In this document: positions 18,899 to 28,319 of the stretch, one piece after another | Numbering within the stretch: the stretch's first letter is position 1 | How the letters are laid out: the number at the start of each line of letters is the position of its first letter | Source: Candidatus Helarchaeota ASGARD archaeon Hel_GB_B | GTDB taxonomy: Archaea > Asgardarchaeota > Lokiarchaeia > Helarchaeales > HEL-GB-B | NCBI GenBank assembly: GCA_005191425.1 | Contig: SUPR01000021.1 | Location: 1 to 32,000, forward strand | DNA length: 32,000 nucleotides | Reading direction: 5' to 3' | Position numbers and translations under genes: made by a program | The notes under the pieces: generated by a model | Seen by the model: the letters and a program-made list of their open reading frames with translations, nothing else | What the model was told of the DNA's origin: nothing | Database searches by the model: none

Positions 18899-20122
18899 TT
18901 ATTTTTTATAGAGATAAATTAACACTAAATAAATTATAAAAAGAAACCCAATAACTATTGTGCCGAAATAAAATATTCTTAAATATTCTAGATGTAATTC
19001 AATTGGAACATCCCATTGTAAGAAATACAAGATAGGAATTATTATTTGAAAAAACGTTATGATATATGAAATAAAATAAGTTAAATTATCTTGATGAAAT
19101 GGAAAATTACGATGATTATTTTTTGAGAATATTTTGTTTTCTATTTTTATAAGTGTAATCAAACCAACAGGGATAATAATTGGAAATCCTAAAAATACAT
19201 TTCTATATACATCGGACGCTAATGCTATTTGAAAAACAAAAAATGGTACCATAATTGAAGAGTATTTTAAAAATGAGTCGTTATTTAGATTATGTGTTTT
19301 ATATATGCTGGGTAAGACTAAAATCCAAATTAAGGAAAATGTAATTAACACACCAAAAACTGAATTCGGCCAATGCGCAATGTGATATCCAATCCAAATA
19401 TTTTCGTATGTAGAGCCAGAGTAGGGAATAAAAGACCTTAAGAATAAATAAATTATGGTAGGAGGAATTGAAATAATAATAGTCTTAATTATTTTATATC
19501 CTTTATAACCTTTCGTAATCATAGCATAAATAGGAATTAAAAATATTATCGTTTCTTTATTGAGAATCCCAATACCCAAAATTAACATCATCAAAATTAT
19601 TTCTTTTGTACCTTTAATTTTACCTCTGGAAATATTTAATAAAATAATACAACCAATTAAAAATAAAAGATATTGCAGTGGATCAACAAAAATTGTATAA
19701 TAAAATAAATAAAAATTAGGTACTGAGACTAAAAAAATAATTGTACCTATTAAAGCATAGAAATTTTTGAAACCTAATAGTTTTAAATAGTGAAAAAACA
19801 ATAATGCTGTTATAAAAATACAGATGAAAGTAAACAACCAATATCCAATCAATGGATCCAATGGAAGCAAATAAATAATTGATGGGGTCAATATTCGATA
19901 GCAAAAAGGAGCATCTATTGCAGAGTTAAATGGAAAAATGCTCATATAATAGTAATGCCAAGCATCACCCCAGGGATGACCTAATGTCCCGGGATAACCG
20001 CGGCTTATTAAATTTAAATGGAATGGGGCTGTTAATAACGCCATTGAAATGGTAATTAACAAAATAAAAAGATATATAGTAATTATTTTACTAAAATTTT
20101 TTAATTTGCCCATTAAACTCAT
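18899..20122 (-). CDS. Polytopic membrane protein, possibly GT-C-fold glycosyltransferase
   Basis: About 10-11 TM segments; TM1 then a loop with WGDAWHYY and PFCYRILTP; later NKET and DVYR loops. The GT-C call is tentative. Confidence 0.5.
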   Translation of the reverse strand: MSLMGKLKNFSKIITIYLFILLITISMALLTAPFHLNLISRGYPGTLGHPWGDAWHYYYMSIFPFNSAIDAPFCYRILTPSIIYLLPLDPLIGYWLFTFICIFITALLFFHYLKLLGFKNFYALIGTIIFLVSVPNFYLFYYTIFVDPLQYLLFLIGCIILLNISRGKIKGTKEIILMMLILGIGILNKETIIFLIPIYAMITKGYKGYKIIKTIIISIPPTIIYLFLRSFIPYSGSTYENIWIGYHIAHWPNSVFGVLITFSLIWILVLPSIYKTHNLNNDSFLKYSSIMVPFFVFQIALASDVYRNVFLGFPIIIPVGLITLIKIENKIFSKNNHRNFPFHQDNLTYFISYIITFFQIIIPILYFLQWDVPIELHLEYLRIFYFGTIVIGFLFIIYLVLIYLYKK

Positions 20123-20164
20123 CTAATAAATTTTAAGATTTAAGCCAGAATCTCTAGAATAATT

Positions 20165-20962
20165 TTACCTATTAAATAATTTCTTTAAATTATTCTTAAC
20201 TTTTACTACATTTTCAAAAACTTTATCATCGTCATAAAAATGATGAGGTTCAATAATTATAAAAAGATTTGAGTTCGGAATTATATCTTTAAATTTTTCA
20301 AAATCATTACCAATATGCACCGCAATTAGACGATCTTTAAAATTTCTTAGAATTCTAAGACTATATCTCGCTGAATAATTTATACCATGTTCATAATCAA
20401 AAATGAATTTTAAATTTTGAAGGTCTGGATCGGAAAAAATCTGTTGTAAATAACCAATTTTTGATGTCATTCGAAAATCGCTATGGGTCATATTTTCAAT
20501 TCCCATAGTTATTCCAATATCTTCACATTTTTTAATGAGCATTTTAAAAACATCAATCGTTCGCTTAAGTGCGACTTTTCTCTGTTTTAATTCAAATTTA
20601 GAATTTGACCTGAATGAATTTTGACCCCCATGAAATAAACAATATTCAATCTTGTCAAATTCGCTGGCAAAATCAATTGTACTTAATAAAATTTCAATAG
20701 ATTTTTCTCGAATCCAAGGGTTGTAACTTGAAATATTAATGTCCTTGATAGGAGCATGAATTGAAATTTTAAAATTATAACTTTGAATAAGATCTAGTAT
20801 ATTTTTCTTAATTTTTGGAAATTTTTCAAATAATTCAGGATGTTCAGGTTGAATTTCAAGCCCATCTAAATTATTATTATTAAGTTCTTCGCATATTTTT
20901 TTAATAGAATATCCCCATGTGGCTCTATCTAATCCTAATAAGATTTTATGACGATTCATCAT
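20165..20962 (-). CDS. Sugar-phosphate isomerase/epimerase family TIM barrel (xylose isomerase-like/AP endonuclease 2)
   Basis: LEIQPEH, SIHAP..DINISSYNP.IRE.S, FHGG, MGIENM, FIFDYEH, AVH motifs. Confidence 0.85.
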   Translation of the reverse strand: MMNRHKILLGLDRATWGYSIKKICEELNNNNLDGLEIQPEHPELFEKFPKIKKNILDLIQSYNFKISIHAPIKDINISSYNPWIREKSIEILLSTIDFASEFDKIEYCLFHGGQNSFRSNSKFELKQRKVALKRTIDVFKMLIKKCEDIGITMGIENMTHSDFRMTSKIGYLQQIFSDPDLQNLKFIFDYEHGINYSARYSLRILRNFKDRLIAVHIGNDFEKFKDIIPNSNLFIIIEPHHFYDDDKVFENVVKVKNNLKKLFNR

Positions 20963-20993
20963 ATATTTTAAGTATAGAATATATAATAAATTT

Positions 20994-21293
20994 ATGTGTA
21001 TGAATCAATGGCAGACTAGAAGAGAAAAATTAGTCGATTTATTGTCAAATGTGAATCGACCAATAGACATTAATCAAATCTCGGAGATTTTAGAAGTCTT
21101 AGATAAGAAAATTATTATTAATGACCTTGAACATATAGACAAAAGTATAGGATATTCAAATAAAAAATTAATTGTAATCAATCCTCAATGTAAAAACTGT
21201 GGGTTTATATTCAAAAAGAAATTTAAAATTCCATCAAAATGTCCAAGATGTAAAAAATCTAGGATTAGCTTACCACAATTTCAAATAGTATAG
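20994..21293 (+). CDS. Archaeal HTH + Zn-ribbon putative transcriptional regulator (COG3357-like)
   Basis: TRREKLVDLL...DLEHIDKS...PQCKNCGFIF...PSKCPRCKKSRISLPQF. Confidence 0.85.
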   Translation: MCMNQWQTRREKLVDLLSNVNRPIDINQISEILEVLDKKIIINDLEHIDKSIGYSNKKLIVINPQCKNCGFIFKKKFKIPSKCPRCKKSRISLPQFQIV

Positions 21294-21309
21294 ATTAAAT
21301 TAAATGGAA

Positions 21310-21816
21310 TTAATCAATATTATAAAGGTATTTTAAAACATTTTTTATATGCTTATAAAAATTTAATGAAAATTGCCCACAGCCCAACTTTTTTATATGA
21401 GGGTGCTCTTTTAAATAGTTTAAAATTGAAATATAATCTTCTTTTTCCAATAGATTATTGTTAAGTGAATTACGGATATTTGAAAATGCTTTAACTAAAT
21501 TTAAATAAATTGTGTTCACTAAAATCTTAAAATTATTAATCTTCAAATATTTTATATGTTCACTATTTAATCTTTCATCAATTATAGCTAATAAAACAAA
21601 TGCTTTTTGAGCATCATCTAAATTTATAAATCGTTTTATAGTAAATTCGTTATTAAATTCTTTTATTTCTTTCTCGTTAATTTTTATTATTTCGTCCATA
21701 ATTTTTCTTATTTTTTTAATACGCTCATTATATGTATTTTCATTAATTAAAGTATTTTTTCTCATCCAATGTAAAATTTCTTGCATTATTTTCTCTGTTT
21801 CACTCCAATTTAACAC
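21310..21816 (-). CDS. Hypothetical protein
   Basis: 168-aa ORF, AAAGGT SD 7 nt before GTG; no recognisable motif. Confidence 0.6.
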   Translation of the reverse strand: MLNWSETEKIMQEILHWMRKNTLINENTYNERIKKIRKIMDEIIKINEKEIKEFNNEFTIKRFINLDDAQKAFVLLAIIDERLNSEHIKYLKINNFKILVNTIYLNLVKAFSNIRNSLNNNLLEKEDYISILNYLKEHPHIKKLGCGQFSLNFYKHIKNVLKYLYNID

Positions 21817-21971
21817 GAAAATGACCTTTATCTTTTAATAATATAGATTTGCTTAAACATTTATAACAAGGTTTTTATACATTTTAATTAAAGATAAAAC
21901 TATTCATAACATCATTTTTCTAAATTAGACTTTTATTTCATTTATTATTCATTTTAATATTAAAAGGTGTT

Positions 21972-22949
21972 ATAAGTATCATTCAAAATGAATCAGAAAA
22001 ATTAAGGTGGATAAAATCTATTAAAAAAACTCTTCGACGTGATGAAACACAAGTCATAAAATTTAAAGAACTCAGGACATACAATTATTTAACCAATGCA
22101 ATAGAATTAATTAAAGAAATCCTTAAAGACGAAGAGAAAAAATGGATCCGAATCTCTAACTTACAAGATATCATAAAAAAGGAATATAAAATAAAAATCG
22201 CGCAACCTAGTATTAGAGGACTTATTAAAAGAGTTGTTGAAGACAAAAACTTTAAAATCTTTCCCCAAAAAAGAGATAAAAATTTTCCTAATGAACAATG
22301 GGTATCTTTTAGGGGGACATTAAAAAAAGCTAAATATCGTTGTGGTGTCTGCTATACACCAATAGATAAAATATTTTATACTATGGAGAGTTCAAGAGAA
22401 ATTATTCGGGCTGAATGCCCAAACCCGGAATGTAATACATATTTAAAACCGAAACAATTTGGTCAGAATTTAATCCCATATGAAATAACAGAATGTCAAT
22501 TTTGTAAAGAGAAAAAACCAATATATTTAACATGCCCTACTTGTAATTTATATTTATGTAAAAAATGTATAGTATACCACGAAAAAGTCTTGCACCTGCA
22601 CCCAGAAATTCCGGTAGGTACTAGATGTAATGGGTGTCAATCATTATATATAGAATTACAATGTAGCATTTGTGAAAACTGGTATTGCGCCCGTTGTTTT
22701 CCTAAAAATCGAGAATATTTTGAATACTGGTATAAAGATGTTTACATTGATAACCCATTAAAAATTGACGAAAATTCAATTAAAAATTTATTAGATACAA
22801 TATGCATAAAGTGTATTGATTTTTTATTTAATTGCGATAATTGTGATACTAAAAATGACCCAGAATCCTGTAAACAATGTATTATAAAATCAAGAATAAG
22901 AATTTATGACCTGGCAATAAAAAAGCTAGAAAAAGATTTAAAAAAATAA
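21972..22949 (+). CDS. Multi-Zn-finger protein: wHTH-like N-terminus, Zn ribbon, two B-box-type fingers; non-canonical start
   Basis: The frame of the track ORF 22383-22949 is open back to 21924 with no ATG/GTG/TTG. AGGTGT at 21965-21970 precedes in-frame ATA 21972 / ATC 21978 / ATT 21981. Eleven CxxC-type pairs. Confidence 0.75.
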   Translation: MSIIQNESEKLRWIKSIKKTLRRDETQVIKFKELRTYNYLTNAIELIKEILKDEEKKWIRISNLQDIIKKEYKIKIAQPSIRGLIKRVVEDKNFKIFPQKRDKNFPNEQWVSFRGTLKKAKYRCGVCYTPIDKIFYTMESSREIIRAECPNPECNTYLKPKQFGQNLIPYEITECQFCKEKKPIYLTCPTCNLYLCKKCIVYHEKVLHLHPEIPVGTRCNGCQSLYIELQCSICENWYCARCFPKNREYFEYWYKDVYIDNPLKIDENSIKNLLDTICIKCIDFLFNCDNCDTKNDPESCKQCIIKSRIRIYDLAIKKLEKDLKK

Positions 22950-22967
22950 AAATGATGATGAATAAAA

Positions 22968-23291
22968 TTGACAGACTCTTTGTTTAACAATTATGAAAAA
23001 TTTGATGCTTATAATAAAAGAAACCTCAAAAGCTTATTAATTGGAATAATTCTAGCTATTTCTGGCTTTAGTATTTTAATTTACGATAAATTAAATTCAT
23101 ATTACTCTTATTATTCTGCTTTAATCTTTTTATCATTATTACTTATATGTACCAGTCCATTATTTATTTCTAATCTTTTTACAGAATTAAAATCAAGAAA
23201 CATTGGAGAGATTGGAAATAGAATTAAAAATTTTATCATTTTGGAAGTAATATTTATTGCAATTTCTTTTAATTTAATTTTTATTTTTTAA
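22968..23291 (+). CDS. Small three-TM membrane protein
   Basis: 107 aa, three hydrophobic segments, TTG start. Confidence 0.55.
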   Translation: MTDSLFNNYEKFDAYNKRNLKSLLIGIILAISGFSILIYDKLNSYYSYYSALIFLSLLLICTSPLFISNLFTELKSRNIGEIGNRIKNFIILEVIFIAISFNLIFIF

Positions 23292-23349
23292 ATTAATCTC
23301 AAAAAATTCCATTATTTTTAAATTTTAGGACTTAAATTTAATCTTTAGG

Positions 23350-23580
23350 ATGCCAATTATTATAGTAGATCTTGATAAATGTATTGGTTGTGGTAAATGT
23401 AGTGATATATGTATTAAAGCAGTATTCGAAACAATAAAACTTGAAAAATATAATTATATGACGAAATATTTTGCAGCTCACCCTGAAAATTGCCTTTTTT
23501 GTTGTTTATGTGTAGGAAGCTGTCCAGAATTAGCAATAACTCTTAAAAAGAAAACTTTTAATGAAATAAAGTCTTTTTAA
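23350..23580 (+). CDS. 2x[4Fe-4S] ferredoxin
   Basis: CIGCGKCSDIC and CLFCCLCVGSCP (two CxxCxxCxxxC motifs). Confidence 0.9.
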   Translation: MPIIIVDLDKCIGCGKCSDICIKAVFETIKLEKYNYMTKYFAAHPENCLFCCLCVGSCPELAITLKKKTFNEIKSF

Positions 23581-23979
23581 CTCTCAATGAATTTTTAATA
23601 AAAATTCAGATATTTAAAAGAAGAATTAATCAAATCTTGAATTCAATATATAATATTAAGGGAGAGTTTTTTTAATTTATTTAAAAGATAAATTTTAAAA
23701 TATTTATAATTAATTTTATTTGACTTTTTTAGGTTATTTAATTAAATAATTAGATTTTTTAAAATTTAATTAAATCTTAGATATTATTAAAGAAAAATAA
23801 ATGATAATGGAGATTATCATTATGAATTAAATTTTTTTCAAAAAAAGTTTAAATTATTTGAATATAGATAATTATTAATTAATTTCTTGGATTATTTGAT
23901 AATTGAAATTTATTTTAGATATGAAATAAAATTGAGTATTTCATAAATAAGAAAGGTTACTAAAATTCGAGGCATTTTA

Positions 23980-24510
23980 ATGATCAAGGAATACAAATTT
24001 AAAGTCGTTCTTTTAGGTGACCAAGGAGTAGGTAAAACAAGTATTATTGATAGATATGTCAATAACAGGTTTAAAGATAAATATCAGCCAACATTAGGGG
24101 TCGATTTTCTCATTAAGGATATTGAACTCAATGATGCTAAAATAAAATTAATTATTTGGGATATTGGGGGAGAAATTCAATGGAGAAATAAATTAAATCT
24201 GTATCTAAATGGAGCAGACAGCGCAATAATTGTTTTTGATTTGACGCGGGCAGATACATTTAAAAGTCTCAAATTTTGGCATGAAAAAGTCTTAAAAATT
24301 GCCGGCCGAATTCCTTATATTTTCGTAGGAAATAAAATGGACCTTGAGAAAAATCGAAATGTGAGTTTGTCCCAGGTTACGACATTTATTAAAAGGAAGA
24401 GTTATCCATTATATTTAGAAACATCGGCTAAATCTGGTGAAAAAATACAGAAATTATTTTTACGAATTACTGAAGAAATGCTGAGATTTAAAGAAAAAAA
24501 GAATAAATAA
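23980..24510 (+). CDS. Rab-like small GTPase (Ras superfamily)
   Basis: G1 GDQGVGKT, G2 YQPTLGVDF, G3 WDIGG, G4 NKMD, G5 ETSAK; no C-terminal Cys prenylation motif. Confidence 0.93.
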   Translation: MIKEYKFKVVLLGDQGVGKTSIIDRYVNNRFKDKYQPTLGVDFLIKDIELNDAKIKLIIWDIGGEIQWRNKLNLYLNGADSAIIVFDLTRADTFKSLKFWHEKVLKIAGRIPYIFVGNKMDLEKNRNVSLSQVTTFIKRKSYPLYLETSAKSGEKIQKLFLRITEEMLRFKEKKNK

Positions 24511-24608
24511 ATAATTTTTAATGGTCTAGAATTATTTTTAAATCAATATAAAATATTTAAGAGTAAATTAAAAAAGGTTGAAAAAATTCAAATTTTAGAG
24601 TTGGTAGT

Positions 24609-25676
24609 ATGACGTATAATGAATCAGATTTCGAGTTAATAAAAAAGTTGACGGAAACACCTGGTATTGCAGGGCATGAAGATGATATAAGAAAATTAAT
24701 CTATGATGAAATTAAGGATTATTGTGATAAAATTATTGTTGATAAATTGGGGAATTTAATTTGTCTAAAAAAGGGCGTTGATAATGGGCCAAAAATAATG
24801 ATTGCGGCTCATATGGACACAATCGGTTTTATGGTAAAATATATCGATAAGAATGGATTTATACGAATTGAACCGGTTGGTGGAATTGATTCTAGAATCA
24901 CAATTGGTCAATCAGTTATAATTTTTCATAACAAAGAGAGAATAAATGGAGTAATTGCTGCGAAGCCAATTCATCTATTAGATTTAGAGGAAAGAAATAA
25001 AGTTAAAAAAATTAATGAACTCCATTTGGATATAGGGGCTAAGTCTAAGGAAGATGCTGAAAACTTAGTATCAATTGGCGATTTTTTAACCTTTAATTAT
25101 AAATTTAAAAGGCTGGCAAATACTGTTTTTACTTCTGGAGGGCTTGATGATAGAGCTGGATGTATGGTATTAATACAAACGCTTAAATCTCTAAAAGACG
25201 TCAAGCATTTAAATGACCTTTATTTTGTATTTTGTTCACAAGAAGAAATAGGGACTCGAGGAGCCATTCCGTCAGCATTCAGAATAAACCCAGATATTGG
25301 ATTTGTATGTGAGGTTACTCATGCAATTGACTTTCCAGAAATTAAAAAAGAAAAATATGGAGATATTAAACTTGGTGGTGGTCCAGTAATCGATATGGGG
25401 CCAAATATTAACCCAAAATTGTTTAAGAAAATTGTTAAAATAGCTAAAGATAAAAATATACCATTTCAATTAAAAGTAAGTGGCCGACCTACACCAACTG
25501 ATTTGAGAAGTATCCAAATGACTCATGAGGGTGTTGCTACCGCATTAATTTCAATCCCACTTCGATATATGCACACAACAATCGAGGTAATGGATCTAGA
25601 AGATATTAACTCGACAATATCATTATTTACAAAATTACTTCCCATGCTAAAAAAGGACATCGATTTAAAATTATAA
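24609..25676 (+). CDS. M42 family metallo-aminopeptidase (TET/FrvX-like)
   Basis: PGIAGHE, AAHMDTIG, GGLDDRAG, SQEEIGTRGA, CEVTHA, TPTD, SIPLRYMHT. Confidence 0.95.
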   Translation: MTYNESDFELIKKLTETPGIAGHEDDIRKLIYDEIKDYCDKIIVDKLGNLICLKKGVDNGPKIMIAAHMDTIGFMVKYIDKNGFIRIEPVGGIDSRITIGQSVIIFHNKERINGVIAAKPIHLLDLEERNKVKKINELHLDIGAKSKEDAENLVSIGDFLTFNYKFKRLANTVFTSGGLDDRAGCMVLIQTLKSLKDVKHLNDLYFVFCSQEEIGTRGAIPSAFRINPDIGFVCEVTHAIDFPEIKKEKYGDIKLGGGPVIDMGPNINPKLFKKIVKIAKDKNIPFQLKVSGRPTPTDLRSIQMTHEGVATALISIPLRYMHTTIEVMDLEDINSTISLFTKLLPMLKKDIDLKL

Positions 25677-26585
25677 AATATATTTAATTACGTTTGTCAG
25701 ACTCTCAGTAAATGGTTTGATATATTCATTGATCACCTTAACTGCATCGGGGTTATTGTTAAAGGTAACTAAATAAAAAATTTGATTTGATACTTTTAAT
25801 GTCTTAAAAAAAAGCCATCCGTCCATTTGCGCCTGTATAAAATCAGGTACTTTCATTTTATAGGACCTTAATTTTTGTGCCATATTTGCGAAATAGGGGC
25901 CACAAACATGACAAATATTCAGTGATTCGTCATCTTTACTTGCTTCAGATAGAGCAAGAATATTATAATCTAAAAGAATTATTGATAATGAGTCTGTTTT
26001 TTCTAAAAACTCATTTAAATAATCATTTAATACATTCGATTTTGGAAATACATTCCTTAAGCTCTTTGAAAATACAAATAATAACTCTTCTCTATCAAAA
26101 ATAGTAGTTTCATAAAATTTGAATTTTTGAGGCAAATCAGCAAATAAATTTTTCATTGTTTTCACATTTTTTCTAATTCTATCATTGTTCCTGATGTCGG
26201 GATCGCTCTTATGGAGAAAAAATGTGATTTGTGGTAAGGACTCCCTGTCCTTCTCTAATAGTTCCCAAATTTTTAGAAAATATTCTATTGAATCAATAAA
26301 TCGGACATCATCTTGAATATCTATAACCCAAAAAATTTGGTTTGTATTCTCAAAATATTCTCTATGCTCCAAATATTTTTGTTGAAATTTTTTTTGACCG
26401 CCTAAATCCCAAACATAAATTGGTAGCCCAAGTATATTAAATAAACGTTTTGTTTCAAAACTTAAAGTTGGTTTTATATTTTCTATTTTATTGTAAGCAT
26501 TTTCAAGCGCATATAAAATTGAGGTTTTTCCGCTATTGTCTAGGCCTATGAACATTATTTTTAGAATCTCTTTATCTGCATCCAT
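25671..26585 (-). CDS. Arf/Rag-like small GTPase fused to a C-terminal roadblock/longin-like domain
   Basis: GLDNSGKTS, PTLSF, WDLGGQ, HKSD, ETTI; about 120-aa alpha/beta C-terminal domain (SIILLDYNILALS). Start at ATG 26585 or TTG 26600. Confidence 0.85.
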   Translation of the reverse strand: MDADKEILKIMFIGLDNSGKTSILYALENAYNKIENIKPTLSFETKRLFNILGLPIYVWDLGGQKKFQQKYLEHREYFENTNQIFWVIDIQDDVRFIDSIEYFLKIWELLEKDRESLPQITFFLHKSDPDIRNNDRIRKNVKTMKNLFADLPQKFKFYETTIFDREELLFVFSKSLRNVFPKSNVLNDYLNEFLEKTDSLSIILLDYNILALSEASKDDESLNICHVCGPYFANMAQKLRSYKMKVPDFIQAQMDGWLFFKTLKVSNQIFYLVTFNNNPDAVKVINEYIKPFTESLTNVIKYIL

Positions 26586-27086
26586 TTTAGACACTTTCAA
26601 ATAGAATTTAAAAAATGTAAATCGATATGAGTATCTTTTTTTAAATTATTAAATATTTATCCGTAAATTAAGATTTTAATTTTCCGAAAATTTTACAATT
26701 ATTTTATATAATATTCCATTATTTTTAACTCATTTCGATATTTTCTTCATTAGTAAAACAAAATGGTAGAAGTAAAAAGCATTATTTCATTGATATTAAT
26801 AAATTGGCATTCAAACATATTTTAAGATAAATTCAAGGTTATTTGAGAAAAGTTTCTTTAGAATATTTGGTCCTAAATTTTTAATTTAAAAAATTATTGT
26901 TTGAGATTAGGATAAATACGCTGTTATTCTTCTATAAAATTTTATTTTCTCAATTAATATTAATCGATAAAAAATATGAGTTTAAATATGAACCATTAGA
27001 AAAATTGGTAAATCATAGTAAATTAATCAAATTGCGTATAAAATTGAAATAATTTTATTAAATAATATTTAAAAAAAGGAATTAAT

Positions 27087-28319
27087 TTGATTAGAAATTT
27101 AGAAGGGTCTCAAAATTTGGAACTTTCAATAGAAAAACAAGAAAATTATTTGCCTAACGAGAATTTAGCATTTGAAATCACAAAAAGGCTAGCATTTCCT
27201 AGATTAATTGGCTCAGATGGAGAAAAAAAAGCGATTTTTATTGTGAAAGACGAATTCAGAAAAATCGGACTTGAACCAATTAGTGAAAAATTTCAAACTT
27301 CATTTGCTAATTGGGTAATTATTAGATTATTGTTCTTAATTTTAGGGACAGGATTAATAGCGAGTTCAATAATGTTTTTCTATTATCCGTTTATAACATC
27401 TTTAATTTCCATTTTATATATTTTTATTTGTTTATATTTATCTAAATTGTCCGGCGTAATTGGTACATTTGGAAAAACATATATTACAGAAAATATCATC
27501 GGAAAATTAAATTCAAAACTTGCAAATGCGAATGTTGTCTTAATGGCACATTGGGATTCCAAAGGTCAGAAATTTTCAGGGTCAGTCAGAATTATTACAA
27601 TGATAATTTCTTTATTTGGAGTAATAGTTATTTCCACATTATATTTAATATTCGGGGTTCTTTATTTACTGGGATTCTATAATTCACTAATAAACTATGG
27701 ATTATTTATTGGGACAATTTGTGTAATTAGTATAAGTTTTATAAATGTATTAAATAAAATAACTAACTGTTCACCTGGAGCTATAGATAACGCAGCATCA
27801 GTGGCGTCTTTATTGACTTTAGCACGTTATTTCCATTATACTAATAATATTAAAAACCTTAATCTCTATTTTGTCGCTACAGGAAGTGAAGAACTTAATC
27901 TGGCAGGAGCTTCCTCATTTATAAAAAAACATAAACTGGAATTTGAAGAGATCCCCACTTATTTCATTAATTTTGACTTAATTGGTGGGAGTGAAAAATT
28001 ATTAATGATAAATTCCTATGGTTTTCCCAAAAAAACTACCTCTTTATTTCTCTATAATTTATTTAAAATGGAAAGTAAAAAATTAAACATCCCTTTCAAA
28101 GCCATGTATCTTCCATTTGGAGCTTGGTGCGACTTAATGCCAATATTAAATGAAGGGTTCGATGGTTGTTGGATTGCATCAGAAGGTACATTTTCGCTAG
28201 CACATACAACTAATGACTCAATATACAATGTGTCCAAAAAAGGCTTGAAAAATGGTATAGACTTGACTATTGAAGTCATTAAAAAAATTGATCGAATTTA
28301 CCAGAATTTTATCAAATAA
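27087..28319 (+). CDS. Membrane-anchored M28 family Zn-peptidase
   Basis: PRLIGS, MAHWDSK, PGAIDNAASVA, TGSEELNLAG, INFDLIG, AHTTND; two hydrophobic hairpins within the catalytic domain. Confidence 0.85.
   Translation: MIRNLEGSQNLELSIEKQENYLPNENLAFEITKRLAFPRLIGSDGEKKAIFIVKDEFRKIGLEPISEKFQTSFANWVIIRLLFLILGTGLIASSIMFFYYPFITSLISILYIFICLYLSKLSGVIGTFGKTYITENIIGKLNSKLANANVVLMAHWDSKGQKFSGSVRIITMIISLFGVIVISTLYLIFGVLYLLGFYNSLINYGLFIGTICVISISFINVLNKITNCSPGAIDNAASVASLLTLARYFHYTNNIKNLNLYFVATGSEELNLAGASSFIKKHKLEFEEIPTYFINFDLIGGSEKLLMINSYGFPKKTTSLFLYNLFKMESKKLNIPFKAMYLPFGAWCDLMPILNEGFDGCWIASEGTFSLAHTTNDSIYNVSKKGLKNGIDLTIEVIKKIDRIYQNFIK

Noticed and set aside
22952-22961. ATGATGA box C-like motif after the B-box gene
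   Set aside because: No box D (CTGA) or terminal stem at a suitable distance, and the gap is only 18 bp.
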